Source: Mobula hypostoma (lineage: Eukaryota). From it: DNA of 64,000 nucleotides. The position numbers and the translations under genes are program-made. Of this stretch, positions 36,590 to 50,478 are shown piece after piece (the stretch's first letter is position 1; the number at the start of each line of letters is the position of its first letter). The notes under the pieces are model-generated. The model worked only from the letters and a program-made list of their open reading frames with translations. It was not told the origin of the DNA and made no database searches. Location of the stretch: assembly GCF_963921235.1 (NCBI RefSeq), contig NC_086108.1, positions 91,080,001 to 91,144,000 on the forward strand. Reading direction: 5' to 3'.

Positions 36590-38112
36590 GTGATGAGAGT
36601 GCTTTGGGAAGTTGGTCATGGCCAGAATTAACTCCTGTCTGTGCAGGGTCCTGGATCTGCTGTAATTTGCCTCATGCACAACAGGTCTATAGTGGGCATG
36701 ATCTCACTGGCTCTCCATACAACTTTAAAGCACTCTGATACATATGCCAAGCTGCTGTTAATCAATTATAGCTTGGCATTCAACAGCATCGACCCTTCAC
36801 GACTAATCAACCAGCTTCAAAACCTGAGCCTCTGTATCTCACCCTGCAACTAGATCCTTGACATTCACACCATAGTCAATGTGGGTCAAAAATAACATCT
36901 CCTCCTTGCTGACAATCAACACAGGTGCATCTCAAGGCTGCACGATTAGCCCGCTGCTATACTCCCTCTATATTCATGACTGTGTGACTAGGCACAGCTC
37001 AAATGCAATCTACAAATTGCAGAGACACACAGTTGGTGGCAGAATCTCAGACAGCGATGAGCAGGTGTACAGGAGTGAGAGAGGTTGGCTGGTTGAGTGG
37101 TGCTGTAGCGGTGTGCTACACAGAGCGCTAAAATAACTACACGTAGTTGGTAAGTTAGAGTTGCGATGAAAGAGATTTATTCAAACCGCAGCCTGCTTTA
37201 AAGCCTTCCCATCCCCGCCCTCCCCAGGCGGGACTGCTGTGGGGAATGCATATTCCCAGACCCTGTCCGCGTGTGGGATTTTCCCCCTGCTGGTGAAGAT
37301 GGCCTGGCGCCCTTTTTGGTGCCGGCCTCTCTGCCTGTGCGCGCTGTTTCGTGAGCCGGTTCGTGTGTGCTAGAAAGTGGGTCGCCACAGTGCCACAATA
37401 ATCTTGCACTCAACAAAACAAGATGAAGGAATTAGGAAGGGGAAATCGGGAGAACATACACCAGTCCTCATTAAGATGTCAGTGGTAGAAGGGGTGAGCA
37501 ACTTCAGGTTCCTGGATATCAACATCTCAGATCATCTATCCAGAACCCAACATACAGATGCCATCATGGAGAAAGCATGCTTCATTATACATCATTAGGA
37601 ATTTGAGCTGATTCAGTATGTCACCAAAGACTTGCAAGTTTCTACAGAAAGCATTCTGATTGGTTGTATCATGTCCTGGTACGGAGAAACTAATGCACAG
37701 GATTGAAAGAAGCTGCAGAGGTTGTAGACTCGCCAGCCCGTCACTGGCATGACACTGCCCACCATCAAGGACATCTTCAAAAAGCTGTACCTTAAGAAGT
37801 TAGCATCCATCATTAAGGACCCTTGCCATCCAGGACATACCCTCTTCTCATTACTACCAATAGGGTGGAGGTATGGGAGCCTGAAGACGCATGCTTAGCT
37901 ATTTAGGAATGACTTCTTCCCCTCTGCCACCAGATTTCTGAATAGTCCATGAACACACGAAGACTACTTTCCTGCTCCTCTTTTATTTATTTGCAATATT
38001 ATAATATTTATTTATTTATTTTCAGTGTAACATGGTAATTTTAATGTTTAGCACCATATTGCTGTCACAAAACAATATATGTTAGTAATAAAAACCTGAT
38101 TTTGATTCTGAT
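36590..38112 (+). mobile_element. Rex1/Babar RT/3' fragment, interrupted by a solo LTR
   Basis: [43 protein letters not shown] | HNNLALN; (TGATTC)n tail. Confidence 0.88.
37104..37389 (-). mobile_element. Solo LTR (Gypsy-type, 286 bp)
   Basis: TGTAGCG...CGCCACA inverted termini, 4-bp TSD GTGC (37100-37103 and 37390-37393), AATAAA on the minus strand at about 37166-37171. Confidence 0.88.
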
Positions 38113-38149
38113 TATTTTATTTACCTCCAGAATGTATTAATTTATTCTT

Positions 38150-38346
38150 ATTTATTGACATTCAGTATGCAATAGGCCCTTCTGGCCCTTTGAACAGCAC
38201 CGCCCAGCAACACGACTTAACCCGAGCCTAATCATGCGACAATTTACAATGGCCAATTAGCCTACCAACCAGTACATCTTTGGACCATGGGAGGAAACCA
38301 GAGCACCCAGAGTGAGCTCACGCAGTCATGGGGAGAGCGTACAAAC
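38150..38346 (-). mobile_element. V-SINE (HE1-like), 5'-truncated
   Basis: Reverse V-domain gacaatttacaatggccaatt...gggaggaaaccagagcaccc...ggggagagcgtacaaac. Confidence 0.85.
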
Positions 38347-38594
38347 ATGAAATACTATATTTCATTAAAAATTAAAAGGCAAACACTCCTCTTTCTCAAA
38401 GGCTTATGTTGAATCTATAGTTCATTAAGAGACGGCTGGAAGAATATGATTTCCTTGTTGTTGCAGGACATTAGGGACATTATCATTGCTATTGCAAATC
38501 TATCAAACATTTCCACTAAACAATCCCAAAAATGAGAGGGAAATCACAGTCCCAGAAAACTTCCTACACAGTCAAAAAAAGCTTACCAATGCCC

Positions 38595-40173
38595 CTACTT
38601 TCTAAGGAGGCTGAAGGGAACTGGACTATATACATCATAATTCAGACTTTCTACAGACGCACAGAAGAGAGCATTGTAATGTGCTGCATCACTGCCTGGT
38701 ACGGAAACTGCAATGAGGCGGAAAGGAATCTCTACAATGGTGGTCAAAACTGCCCATTGCATCACCGGCACCACCATCAAGGACATTTATACAGCAAGGT
38801 GCCGGAAAAAGGCTAGCAATATCATGAAGGATCCCACCCACTTGCTCATGAACTGTTTGTCCCACTCCCATCAGGGGGGAGACTATGTTTACATCCACAC
38901 CAGGGTCACCAGACTCAAAAACAGTTACTTTCCCTAATCAGTAAGGCTGATCAACGCAAGCACCCACTACCCTACCCCACTACCACTACTTTATCATTTC
39001 CTGTCAGTCACCTTATGTACAGACACTCCTGTACCTAGACCACATTATGTACATACCATCGATCTATGTATATGAGCTATCTTATGTATTTGTATTTATT
39101 ATGCTTTCTTATTATTGTACCCTGGGCCTCTGTACCTCTCTCTGAAACTGGATCGACAACTTCCTAACCAGAAAACCACAATCTGTGCTAATCGGAAATA
39201 TCAGCTCCACTTCGTTGACAAACAACACTGGCACACCACAGGGATGTGTGCTTAGCCCAATGTACTCTCTTTACACCCATGATTGTGTGGCTAGGCATAG
39301 CTCAAATGAATACAACCATCGTTGGCAGAATCTCAGATCATGATGAGAGGGCGTACTGGAGTGAGATAAACCAGCTAATTGTGTGGTGTCGTACCAACAA
39401 ACTTGTACTTAATGTTACTAAGATCAAAGAGCTGATTGTGGACACTCAGACAAACTAAGACGAGGGAACACAAACCAATCCTCAGAGAGGAATCAGAAGT
39501 GGAGAGACTGAGCAGTTTCAATTTCCTAGATGTCAAAGTCTCTGAGGATCTAAGCTAGTCGCAACATATTGATGCAGCTATCAAGAAGGCAAGACAGCAG
39601 CTATATTTCATCAGGAGTTTAAGGAGATTTGGTTTGTCACCTGAAACACTCGAAAACTTCTACAGTTGTACTGTGCAGAGCATCCTGACTGGCTGCATCA
39701 CTGTTTGGTATGGGATGTGGGGCGGGGGGGGTGGGGTGCTACTGCACAAGATCGAAGTAAGTTGCAGAAAGTTGGAAAATTAGTCAGCTCCATCGTGTGT
39801 ACGAGCCTCCATAGTATCCAAGACATCTCCAAGGGACAGTGCCTCAGGAAGGTGGCATCCATCATTGAGGACCGCCACCACCCAGGATACGCCCTTTTCT
39901 CATTGTTACCGTGAAGAAGGAAGTAGGCCTGAAGGCAGACACTGAGTAACTCAGCAACAGCTTCTTTCTCTCTGCTATCGGATTTCTAAATGGACAATGA
40001 ACCCATGAACACCACCTCACTACTTTTTTTCATTTCTGTTTTTGCACCACTTACTTTAACTTAATACAGTAATTCCGTTTTTATTTCTTTTTCTATTGCA
40101 TTGTACTGCTGCCAGAAAGTTCACAAATTTCACAACATATGTCTCTGATATCGAACCTGAATCTGATTCTGAT
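38595..40173 (+). mobile_element. Two adjacent Rex1/Babar 3' fragments (38595-39118 and 39120-40173)
   Basis: FYRRTEESIVMCCITAWYGNC...RLKNSYFP; ATAQDRSKLQKV...HPGYALFSLLP; (TGATTC)n tail at about 40160. Confidence 0.85.
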
Positions 40174-40311
40174 TATCTTATTGTGGATCTGGACTAACAA
40201 TGATCATTCTCCTTTATACTTGTGCAATGAAATTGCATTAAACGGTGAAATTGCACAATAGGTCAACGGCAGACACAATCTTAATGGCTCTTCACAAGGC
40301 ATTAGACCACC

Positions 40312-43300
40312 CGGGCTCGATTTCTGAGGTTGGCGGCGGAGGCCTCACTTCCGGGAGCTGTGGATGTGCACCAACGGGGCTTTACAGTGGTCGCTCCGGG
40401 GAAGCGTCTGGGACACCTTGAGGTCTCTGACGTCACTTCTGTGTGGTCATCTGCTCCGGAGAGGTGCTGGCCCGACAAGGAACACCCGACGACGTGACCT
40501 GCCGATCGATCTCCACGGGACGCGTCCACCAAACTCAAAGAGATGACAACAACACACTGCATAGATGGAAACCTGGAAAGATGCACTATTTACTGAGGAA
40601 GTGTGGGAAAAGAGCTGGGCTGCTGGTCAGATTGAAGCTGAGGGGCTTCGGGGTCCCTATGCCCACCATCCTACTAGCTAATGTGCAAGCCATAGAGAAC
40701 AAGGTGGATGATCTTAAAGGGAGACTCAGCTACTGCAGGGAGATGCAGAACTGCTGCGTTATCTGTTTCACCGAGACCTGGCTCTCCCCTGCCACCCCCA
40801 ACTGTGCCATCCGACCGGAGAGACTTTTGATCCATCCGATGGACCGCACGGCGTCTTCGGGCAAGATGAGGGGAGGTGGTGTCTGCCTACTGATCAACAC
40901 TGGGTGGCGCTCGGACACAGTGGCACTGACAAGCTCCTGCAGCCTGGATCTGGAACACCTGTCGGTGAAGTGTCGTCCCTACTATCTGCCACGGGAATTC
41001 ACCTCGGTCATACTGACAGCGGTCTACATTCCCCCCCAGGCAGACGTGGAGTGTGCTCTGAACATACTGTGTGCCAACATCAGTGAACTTGAAACCAGGT
41101 ATCCGGAGGCTTTGCTCATTAAGCCAGGGACTTTAATCAGGCCAAACTCAGAAAGGCGCTGCCAAAGTTATACCAACATGTTTCCTGCCCCACTGGATGC
41201 CCGAATGTACTTGACCACTGCTACACAGCAGTCAAGGATGCCAACCGTTCCACCCCACGACCTCACTTCGGAAAATCGGACCATCAGGCCGTACTCCTCC
41301 TCCCGGCTTACAAACAGAAACTGAAGCGGGAGGTAACGGTGTCAAAAGTGGTGTCGCGTTGGACGGAAGAAACGGATGAGGTTCTCCGTGACTGCTTTGA
41401 ATCGGTGGACTGGTTAGTATTCAAGGACTCGGCAGCAAACCTCGATGAGTATGCCTCAGCTGTCACGGTCTTTATTTGGAAATGCACGAAGGACTGTGCG
41501 TCTCGCAAGACGATCTGGGTATTCCCTAACCGGAAACCTTGGATGAATTATGAGGTCAAGTCCCTTTTGAAGGCTAGAGCTGTGGTTTTTAGGTCCGGGG
41601 ATACCCGTCGCTGCACGGAATCCAGACATGAACTCCGGAAAGCCATTAAGCCTGCCAAGAGGCAATATCGAGCCAACTTGGAAGCCCAGGCTAACCAGAG
41701 GGATGCTGGTAGACTATGGTAGGGTCCAAATGAGATCACTGGGCACAAAGAAAAGGCTGGGAATATCAATAACTGTGGCGCCTCTCTTCCTGACGAACTT
41801 AACGTATTCTACGCAAGATTGGAACATAAGAGGAGCGTCCTGCTCCCTCCGGATGAACTGGACCTGGTGGCATTGAGATTCATCATCACCAAGGAGGACG
41901 TTAGAAGGACCTTCCTGAAGATAAATCCAAGGAAGGCGGGGGCCCAGATGACGTCCCTCGACGGGTTATCTGGGCCGGTGCAAGCAAGCTAGCTGGAGTG
42001 TTTGCTGACATCTTCAACTGCTCCTTGCTTAAGTCTAAGTCCCCCTCATGTTTTAAGAAGGCAATGATAATCCCGATGCCGAAGAAGAGCAAGGTGGCAT
42101 GCCTGAATGACTATTGACCTGTGGCTCTGACATCAATTGCTATGAAGTGCTTGGAGCGATTGGTTATGGCACACATCAGCCACAGCCTACCGGTCAACGT
42201 CGACGCTTTGCAATTCGCCTACTGGAGCAACAGGTCAATGGCAGATGCCATCTCTCTGTCTCTGCATTCCTCCTAAGAACACCTGGAGAATAAAGACGCA
42301 TATGGAAGGCTCCTTTTCATTGACTACAGCTCTGCCTTTAGTACCATCTTTTCAAATAAATTGAAACCTAAGCTCTAGAACCTAGGCCTTAGCACTCAGA
42401 TCTGCAGCTGGATCTTCAACTTCTTCACAGACAGGACTCAGGCCGTAAAAATAGTGGACAAGCTCTCCTCTACAATCACTCTGAGCACCGGTGCCCCACA
42501 AGGCTGTGTACTCAGCCCCCTGCTGTACTCACTGTACACCCATGATTGTGTATCCAAGTTTCCATCGAACTCAATATATAAGTTTGTGATGACACCACAA
42601 TTGTAGGCCACATCTCAGGTAATGATGAGTTTGAGTACAGAGAGGAAATTAAGAACCTGGTGGCATGGTGCGAAGACAATAACCTATCCTTCAACATCAG
42701 CAAGATGAAGGAATTGGTTGTTGACTTCAGAAGGAGTAGCGGACAGCACAACCCCATTTACATCAGTGGTGCGCAAGTGGAACAGGTCAAAAGCTTTAAG
42801 TTCCTTGGGGTCAATATCACAAATGACCTGACTTGGTCCAACCAAGCAGAGTCCACTGCCAAGAAGGCCCTCCAGCGCCTTTACTTCCTGAGAAAGCTAA
42901 AGAAATTTGGCCTGTCCCCTAAAACCCTCACTAATTTGTATAGATGCACCGTAGAAAGCATTCTTCTAGGGTGCATCACAACCTGGCATGGAAGTTGTCC
43001 TGTCCAAGACTGGAAGAAGCTGCAGAAGATCGTGAACGCACATCACCACAAACCAATCTTCCGTCCTTGGACTTACTTTACACCACACGCTGTTGGAGCA
43101 GTGCTGCCAGGATAATTAAGGACTTGACCCACCCAGCCAACACACTTTTCGTCCCTCTTGCCTCCGGGAGAAGACTCAGGAGCTTGAAGACTCGTACGGC
43201 CAGTCTTGGGAACAGCTTCTTTTCTACTGTGATAAGACTGCTGATCGGATCCTGACCCAGATCTGGGCCGTACCCTTCAAATATCTGGACCTGCCTCTTG

Positions 43301-43484
43301 GTTTTTTTGCACTACGTTACTTTCCCTTTTCTATTTTCTATTTATGATTTATAATTTAAATTTTTAATATTTACTGTTGATTTGTACTCCAGGGAGCGTG
43401 AAGCGCAGAATCAAATATCGCTGTGATGATTGTACGCTCTAGTATCAATTGTTTGGCGACAATAAAGTATAAGGTATGAAGTAT
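40312..43484 (+). mobile_element. Near-full-length Rex1/Babar LINE (APE + RT, frameshifted), nested in an older Rex1
   Basis: APE: PTILLANVQAIENKVDDL...CFTETWL...RGGGVCLLIN...[55 protein letters not shown]. Ends AATAAAgtataaggtatgaagtat. Confidence 0.92.
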
Positions 43485-44645
43485 ACAAACACCAACGTCA
43501 GGATGCTGTTCATCAACTATAACTCAACATTTAACACCATCATTCCCACAATCCTGATTGATGTTACAGAACCTGGGCTTCTGTACCTCCCTCTGCAATT
43601 GGATCTTTAACTTCCTAACCGGAAGACCACAATCTGTGCAGATTGGTGACAACATATCCTCCTCGCTGACGATCAACACTGGCACACCTCAGGGTGTGTG
43701 CTTAGCCCACTGCTCTACTCTCTATATACCTATGACTGTGTGGCTAGACATAGCTCAAATATCATCTATAAATTTACTGATAATACAACCATTGTTGGTA
43801 GAATCTCAGATGGAAACGAGAGGGTGTACAGGAGTGAGATATGCCAACTAGTGGAATGGTGCTGCAGCAACAACCTTGCACTCAATGTCAGTAAGATGAA
43901 AGAGCTGATTATGGACTTCAGGAAGGGTAAGATGAAGGAACACATACCAATCCTCATAGAGGGATCAGAAGTGGAGAGAGTGAGCAGTTTCAAGCTCCTG
44001 GGTGTCAAGATCTCTGAGGATCTAACCTGGTCCCAATATATTGATGTAGTCATAAAGAAGGCAAGACAGTGGTTATACTTCATTCAGAGTTCGAAGAGAT
44101 TTGGTATGTCAACAAAAACACTCAAAGACTTCTATAGATGTACTGTGGAGAGCATTCTGACAGGCTGCTTTACTGTCCGTTATGGAGGGGCTACTGAACA
44201 GGGCCGGAAGAAGCTGCAGAGGGTCATAAATTTAGTCGGCTCCATCTTGGGTACTAGCCTACCAAGTACCACAGACATCTTTAGGGAGCAGTGTCTCAGA
44301 AATCAGCGTTCATTATTAAGGACCTCCAACACCCAGGGGATGCCCTTTTCTCACTGTTACCATCAGGTAGGAGGTACAGAAGCCTGAAGGCACACACTCA
44401 GTGATTCAGGAACAACTTCTTCCTAAATGGACAATGAACGTGTGAACACTACTTCACTTTTTTAATATATATTATTTATGTTTTTGCATGATTTTCAATC
44501 TATTCAATATACATATACTGTAATTGATGTACTGATTTATTTATTTATTTATTCTTCTATTTTGTGTATTGCATTGAACTGCTGCTGCTGAGTTAACAAA
44601 TTTCACGACACATGCCGGGGCTAATAAACCTGATTCTGATTCTGA
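43485..44645 (+). mobile_element. Rex1/Babar RT/3' part (host element; its 5' remnant is 40254-40311)
   Basis: HNRSTADTILMALHKALDH (40254-40310) resumes as TNTNVRMLFINYNSTFNTIIP; ORF 43698..44387; (TGATTC)n tail. Confidence 0.9.
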
Positions 44646-45028
44646 CAGTTGTGAATCTTGAGATGTCAGATACTCTTTCCAACTGCCATTTAAATATGGA
44701 AATTAGAAAAGAGGAAACTATCCCAATCAAAATGATAAGTTAGCTTTAAATGTGACCTAACAGACCTTTTATATTTCTTATTTATGATCTCAAGTTAAGT
44801 AAAAGAATATCTGGAACTTCCAATCAAGTGCAATTTATATTGCTCCATGACTTTATGTTACAGCTTGTTTCGTAAGTGTGACATGTTATTGACAGTGTGA
44901 GTTAAAAAATAACTTCTGTTCTTCCAAAACTATCAGTTTGATAGCTTTCTCAGTTAAAAGATCAGGTGGGTGAAGAGCATTTTCTATTTAGCTATATTGA
45001 TGGATTACAAATTATCATTCATGGTTAT

Positions 45029-45994
45029 CAAAGTTCTAAGTAGATTTATTATCGAAGTATGTATACTGTATTCAACCTTGAGATCCAGCTTCTTGCAGGC
45101 AGCCACAAAGCAAAGACACACAATAGAACCCGTAAAGGAACCCCACAAACACCCAATGTGTGAAAAAGAACAAATGGTATAAACAATAAAAACGTAAATA
45201 AATAACACACAAACATTAACCGCAGGGTTCCCAAAAATGAGTCCACAGACACAGAGCCGGTTCTTTGCTGAGGCGAGTGCCAATGGTTGCAGTCCACAGC
45301 TGCAGAGTCAGTTCAGTACCGAAGTGAGTAACCCTTGTGGATTTGTGAGCTGAACACCAGTTTGTCCCTTGCCCTGGGGCTTGATGCTTTGATCAAATCG
45401 CGCAAACAGTAAAAGAAAAATAGACAAAAACAAATGGAACATGAACTGCAGAGTCTCCAAAAGTGAGTCCACAGCTGCCGGTCCCAGGAGCCCGTCCAGC
45501 AGCCTGATGTCTGCAGGGCAACGAACGCTCCTGAACTTGGTGGTGTAGGACCTAAAGCACTGCACCTCCCTCCTGACGATCAAAGCAAGAAGAGAGGGAG
45601 ACTGGTCAAATGCGGGCGGACACCACTATATAGATATTCATTTTCCACTCTCGTCCTCAGTGATTTTAATTTTGCTCAGTGCTTTAATTGGCGCATTGTT
45701 ATGGAGTGAACCACAGGTTCATCTTCCACCATCAGGCCTCATCGCAGCACTCACCCTCAGCGATGGCCACCCTGGCCACACCTGCACTTCCTAGGATATA
45801 GTTCACAGAATCCCCCAGGAGATCACAAAAGTGCCAGATCATTTAGTCAACTCAAAAGAACATCCCTGAAAGGAAAATGACAAGCTACAGACTACAGTGA
45901 ACACATTTCAGAGGTACATTAAATCTACTCGAGTATCTAGTAATTTTATAAGCTGTCTGCAAAAATGTCACCATTGGTTGCTGTCACCATCTTG
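45029..45994 (-). mobile_element. Non-autonomous non-coding retroelement, family C (about 965 bp)
   Basis: Minus strand begins CAAGATGGTGAC. The last ~200 bp match the Rex1-type 3' UTR at 16480-16668 and 51500-51675. Confidence 0.65.
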
Positions 45995-46164
45995 CATCAC
46001 AAAACTATTTTCCAATATTTTCATAAATTTGGTTGGGTTCAAGACCATAACGGTGTAGGTTTGGTGACACAGATCAGTGCTATTCAATTGTGGTTTTCAA
46101 GATAGAAGACAAAATTTTACAACTAGTAAATCCTGGGCTTAGCAGCTATCAAAGCTACTTCTTA

Positions 46165-46388
46165 TTTTCTGACTGGGTAGCAACCAACTTGATGGCATGA
46201 ACATCAACTTCACTAACTTCCAGTAATTATTGCCCTCTCTAACTTAGCTCTTCTTCCATTCCCCACTCTAGTTATCCTCTCACCCCTCCCTCTACTTACC
46301 CATCTTCCCTTTCTTCCATGTTACCCTGTCCTCTCATATTAGATTCCTTCTTCTTTAGCCCTTTACCTCTTCCACCTATTACCTCCTA
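46165..46388 (+). mobile_element. PLE ORF end and 3' UTR fragment
   Basis: LGSNQLDGMNINFTNFQ* followed by a pyrimidine-rich tract. Confidence 0.75.
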
Positions 46389-47200
46389 TCAAGACCCTAT
46401 CAAGCTCTGCCTTAAATACACCCAACGACCTGTCCTCCTGTCCTCGGCAGCTGCCCATGGTAATAAATTCCACAAATTCAACACCTTCTGGCTAAAGAAA
46501 TTTCTCTGCATCTCTGTTTTAAATGGAGGTCCCTCAACCCTGAGGCTCTGCCCTCTTGTCCTAGACTCCCTCACATGGGCAACATCCTTTCCACATCTAG
46601 TCTCAGCCTTTCAACATTGGAATGGCTTCAAGGAGATCCCTCCTCATCCTTCTAAATTCCAGCGAGTACAGACCCCGAGGTATCAAATGTTATTGATGAT
46701 TTTGATGGTAACTTAATGAATAAGTTGCAGATGACACCAAACTGGTGATATTCAGATAGTGTCAGTGACAGTTTTAGGTTACAACAGGATCTAGATCAAC
46801 TGAGAATGCAGGCCACGAATGGCAGATGGCCAAGTGCAAATTAATCCAGGGCAGGCCTTACACAGTAAATGGTAGATCTTTGGAGAGAATTGTAAAACAG
46901 AGAGACCTAGGAGTAAAAATGTATAGTTTTCTGAAAGTGCCAATGCAAGTAAACAGATTGGTGGAGAAGGATCTGACACACTTTCCTTCATCAGTTAGGG
47001 CACTAAATACAGGAATTGGGACATAATGATTAAGACATTGTTGAGATCACACTTGGAGTATTATGTGTAGTTCTGGTCATAGGAAGGATGTCAATAAACT
47101 GGAGAAGTTCTGGTAAGGATTCATGTGAATGTTCCTGCGATTGAGGTGCTTGAGTTGTAAGGAGAGATAGGATATTCTGAGGCTTTTTCCCTGGAGTGTC
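46389..47200. mobile_element. Two CR1 fragments (minus 46389-46695; plus about 46700-47200)
   Basis: RESRTRGQSLRVEGPPFKTEMQRNFFSQKVLNLWN; K.ADDTKL...KQRDLGV. Confidence 0.8.
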
Positions 47201-47272
47201 AAAGCCTCTGTTGCAGTAAAGTGGTGCGAGTCTGCAACAAAAATAACAAAACAGAATGAGTATGTTGCAGAA

Positions 47273-47660
47273 AGAGGAGAAAATCTGCAGATGCTGGAAA
47301 TCCAAGCAACATGCACACAAAAGCTAGAGGAACTCAGCAAGCCCAGCAGCATCTATGGTAAAGAGTAAACAGTTGACGTTTCAGGCTGAGCCCCTTCATC
47401 AGGACTGGAAAAAAATGTTGAGAAGTTAGAGCAAGAAGGTGGGGGGAGAGGAAGAAGAAGTACAAGGTGGTAGGTGATGGGTGAAACCAGGAGCAGGGGA
47501 AAGGTGAAGTAAAGAGCTGGGTTGATAGGTGAAAGAGATAAAGGACTGGAGAAGCGGGTATCTGATATGAGAGGGAGGAGACTATGGAAGAAAGAGAAGG
47601 GGAAGAAGCACCAGAGGGTGGTGATGGGCAGATAAGGAGTTAAGGTGAGAGAGGCAATAG
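47273..47660 (-). mobile_element. PLE 3' UTR/terminal repeat with hammerhead motif (47370-47407)
   Basis: Minus strand CAGTC-CTGATGA-aggggctcagcct-GAAA-C-GTC-AACTG. Confidence 0.85.
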
Positions 47661-48952
47661 GTCTGTTCAAAATACCCCTTCCACTTCACAGCATGACCAT
47701 TTTTCTCTGCTCTGTTAACCCATTAAAATGGGAACAGCAGCTAACCTTTTGTCCCACCTTTGAGTACAACTTAAAAATTATTCCTGCTCTATTTTTATTT
47801 CCACAAATGTGCTTACAAGTATGTCTAACTTAACTTTGTTGTAATGTTTTATTGTCTCAACTGGTGACTTCCATGAAGATCTAGTTTTTACTTTATCTGT
47901 GTTTTTAGTCTAGTGTGACAACAGTAATGACCTTCCCACTAGTTTCATGCTCTTTCTGAATCAGCTTCAATTGTGCCATTAAGCATTCTTGCTGAGTATG
48001 TGGCCCATTACTTTCTTGCAATGGGAGACAATCTATCTTTTTTAGGCTCCCTTCACAACTCAATGATCCAAAACATGGAACCACATTTCCTCTTATCTAA
48101 ATTCTTTCCACTGCTTTTATATTCACTCCTAAGTGTGGTGAGCTCGGCTGGACCTAACGTGACATCTTATCTATGCTTCCTGAGCAGTCTGCCTCTTTCT
48201 TAGTCTGAATGTTTGTGCACCATCTTTTCCAGGCTATATTCTGTCTGTCTTTCCAGCTACTGCCATATTTTGAATATGTTTCCAAAGTTCAATTATCTTC
48301 TTGCAATTTTCTGCCCTGGACCCATCTTGTGCAATAATATTGCAATTTTAGTATCAAATTACATTCTATTGTGCTCCTTCTTATTAAGCACAATAGTCAG
48401 TAATTTGTCTGTAATTCTTGCGTGTTCCTGTGAGGTTGCAGTTTCTCAATACAGTAAGCCAATCAGTAAGCACATAGAAGCATTTCAAATTAGCTAGGAT
48501 AATAAGAACTGGATCTGATTTCAATGAAGAATCCCTAACAACCCAGAACAGTACTTTTGGGATGTTAAACATCATTTGCTAAAAAAAGGTACCTGATTTT
48601 TTTTTCCCCTTTCATCAAAGTGCATACAAAGTACTACATATAGGAAATGTAATGGCATGTACAGAACAACATAAAGGAAAACAGATTATCTTACTATTTA
48701 ACTAAGTGATACAAGCTGCTGCCACAACTCTGAAAAAGGTTACCTTAAAATATTTTCCTCTTGAGAAAAATATTCTAGTTGTAGAATTTTATATAAAAAC
48801 ACAACCATTCATATTTGCATTATGAGCCACCAAGTCAGAATACAAATTAGACCACTCATATCAGAGCTTATAAAACAGCACACAAATTTAAAATAAAGAA
48901 ATCTGGGGACTGCTTCTTCGAGTAACTCCAACCCATTTTGTGCCAAGATAAG

Positions 48953-50478
48953 GCATAGAGCATAGAACATAGAATAGTACAGCACAGTACAGGACCTTCG
49001 GCCCACAATGTTGTGCCGACCCTCAAGCCCTGCCTCCCATATAAGCCCGCACCTTAGATTCCTCCATATACCTGTCTAGTAGTCTCTTAAACTTCACTAG
49101 TGTATCTGCCTCCACCACTGACTCAGGCAGTGCATTCCACGCACCAACTACTCTCTGAGTAAAAAACCTTCCTCTAATATCCCCCTTGAACTTCTCACCA
49201 CTTACCTTAAAGCCATGTCCTCTTGTATTGAGCAGTGGTGCCCTGGGGAAGAGGCGCTGGCTATCCACTCTATCTATTCCTCTTATTACCTTGTACACCT
49301 CTATCATATCTCCTCTCATCCTCCTTCTCTCCAAAGAGTAAAGCCCTAGCTCCCTTAATCTCTGATCATAATGCATACTTTCTAAACCAGGCAGTATCCT
49401 GGTAAATCTCCTCTGTACCCTTTCCAATGCTTCCACATCCTTCCTATAGTGAGGTGACCAGAACTGGACGCAGTACTCTAAGTATGGCCTAACCAGAGTT
49501 TTATAGAGCTGCATCATTACATCGCGACTCTTAAACTCTATCCCTCGACTTATGAAAGCTAATACCCCATAAGCTTTCTTAACTACCCTATCCACCTGTG
49601 AGGCAACTTTCAGGGATCTGTGGACATGTACCCCGAGATCTCTCTGCTCCTCCACACTACCAAGTATCCTGCCATTTGCTTTGTACTCTGCCTTGGAGTT
49701 TGTCCGTCCAAAGTGTACCACCTCACACTTCTCCGGGTTGAACTCCATCTGCCACTTCTCAGTCCACTTCTGCATCCTATCAATGTCTTTCTGCAATCTT
49801 TGACAATCCTCTACGCTATCTACAACACCACCAACCTTTGTGTTGTCTGCAAACTTGCCAGCCCACCCTTCTACCCCCACATCCAGGTCGTTAATAAAAA
49901 TCACGAAAAGTAGAGGTCCCAGAACAGATCCTTGTGGGACACCACTAGTCACAATCCTCCAATCTGAATGTACTCCCTCCACCACCACCCTCTGCCTTCT
50001 GCAGGCAAGCCAATTCTGAATCCACCTGGCCAAACTTCCCTGGATCCCATGCCTTCTAACTTTCTGAATAAGCCTACTGTGTGGAACCTTGTCAAATGCC
50101 TTACTAAAATCCATGTAGATCACATCCACTGCACTACCCTCATCTATATGCCTGGTCACCTCCTCAAAGAACTCTATCAGGCTTGTTAGACAGGATCTGC
50201 CCTTCACAAAGCCATGCTGACTGTCCCTGATCAGACCATGATTCTCTAAATGCCTATATATCCTATCTCTAAGAATCTTTTCCAACAGCTTTCCCACCAC
50301 AAACGTAAGGTTCACTGGTCTATAATTACCCAGACTATCCCTACTACCTTTTTTGAACAAGGGAACAAACATTCGCCTCCCTCCAGTCCTCCGGTACCAT
50401 CCCCGCGGACAACGAGGACATAAAGCATAAAGATCCTAGCCAGAGGCTCAGCAATCTCTTCTCTCGCCTCGTGGCAAC
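48953..50478 (-). mobile_element. Young 5'-truncated CR1 LINE with uninterrupted 449-codon RT/C-terminal frame
   Basis: ORF 49023..50372: NYRPVNLT, QHGFVKGRSCLT, YMDFSKAFDKVPH, SGVPQGSVLGP, KFADNTK; (TTCTATG)n tail. Confidence 0.95.

Noticed and set aside
49023..50372. Long RT ORFs (also 54460..55842) as host genes or bacterial retron/DGR-type RTs
   Set aside because: Typical 5'-truncated CR1 ORF2 with LINE tails; the start codons are fortuitous.
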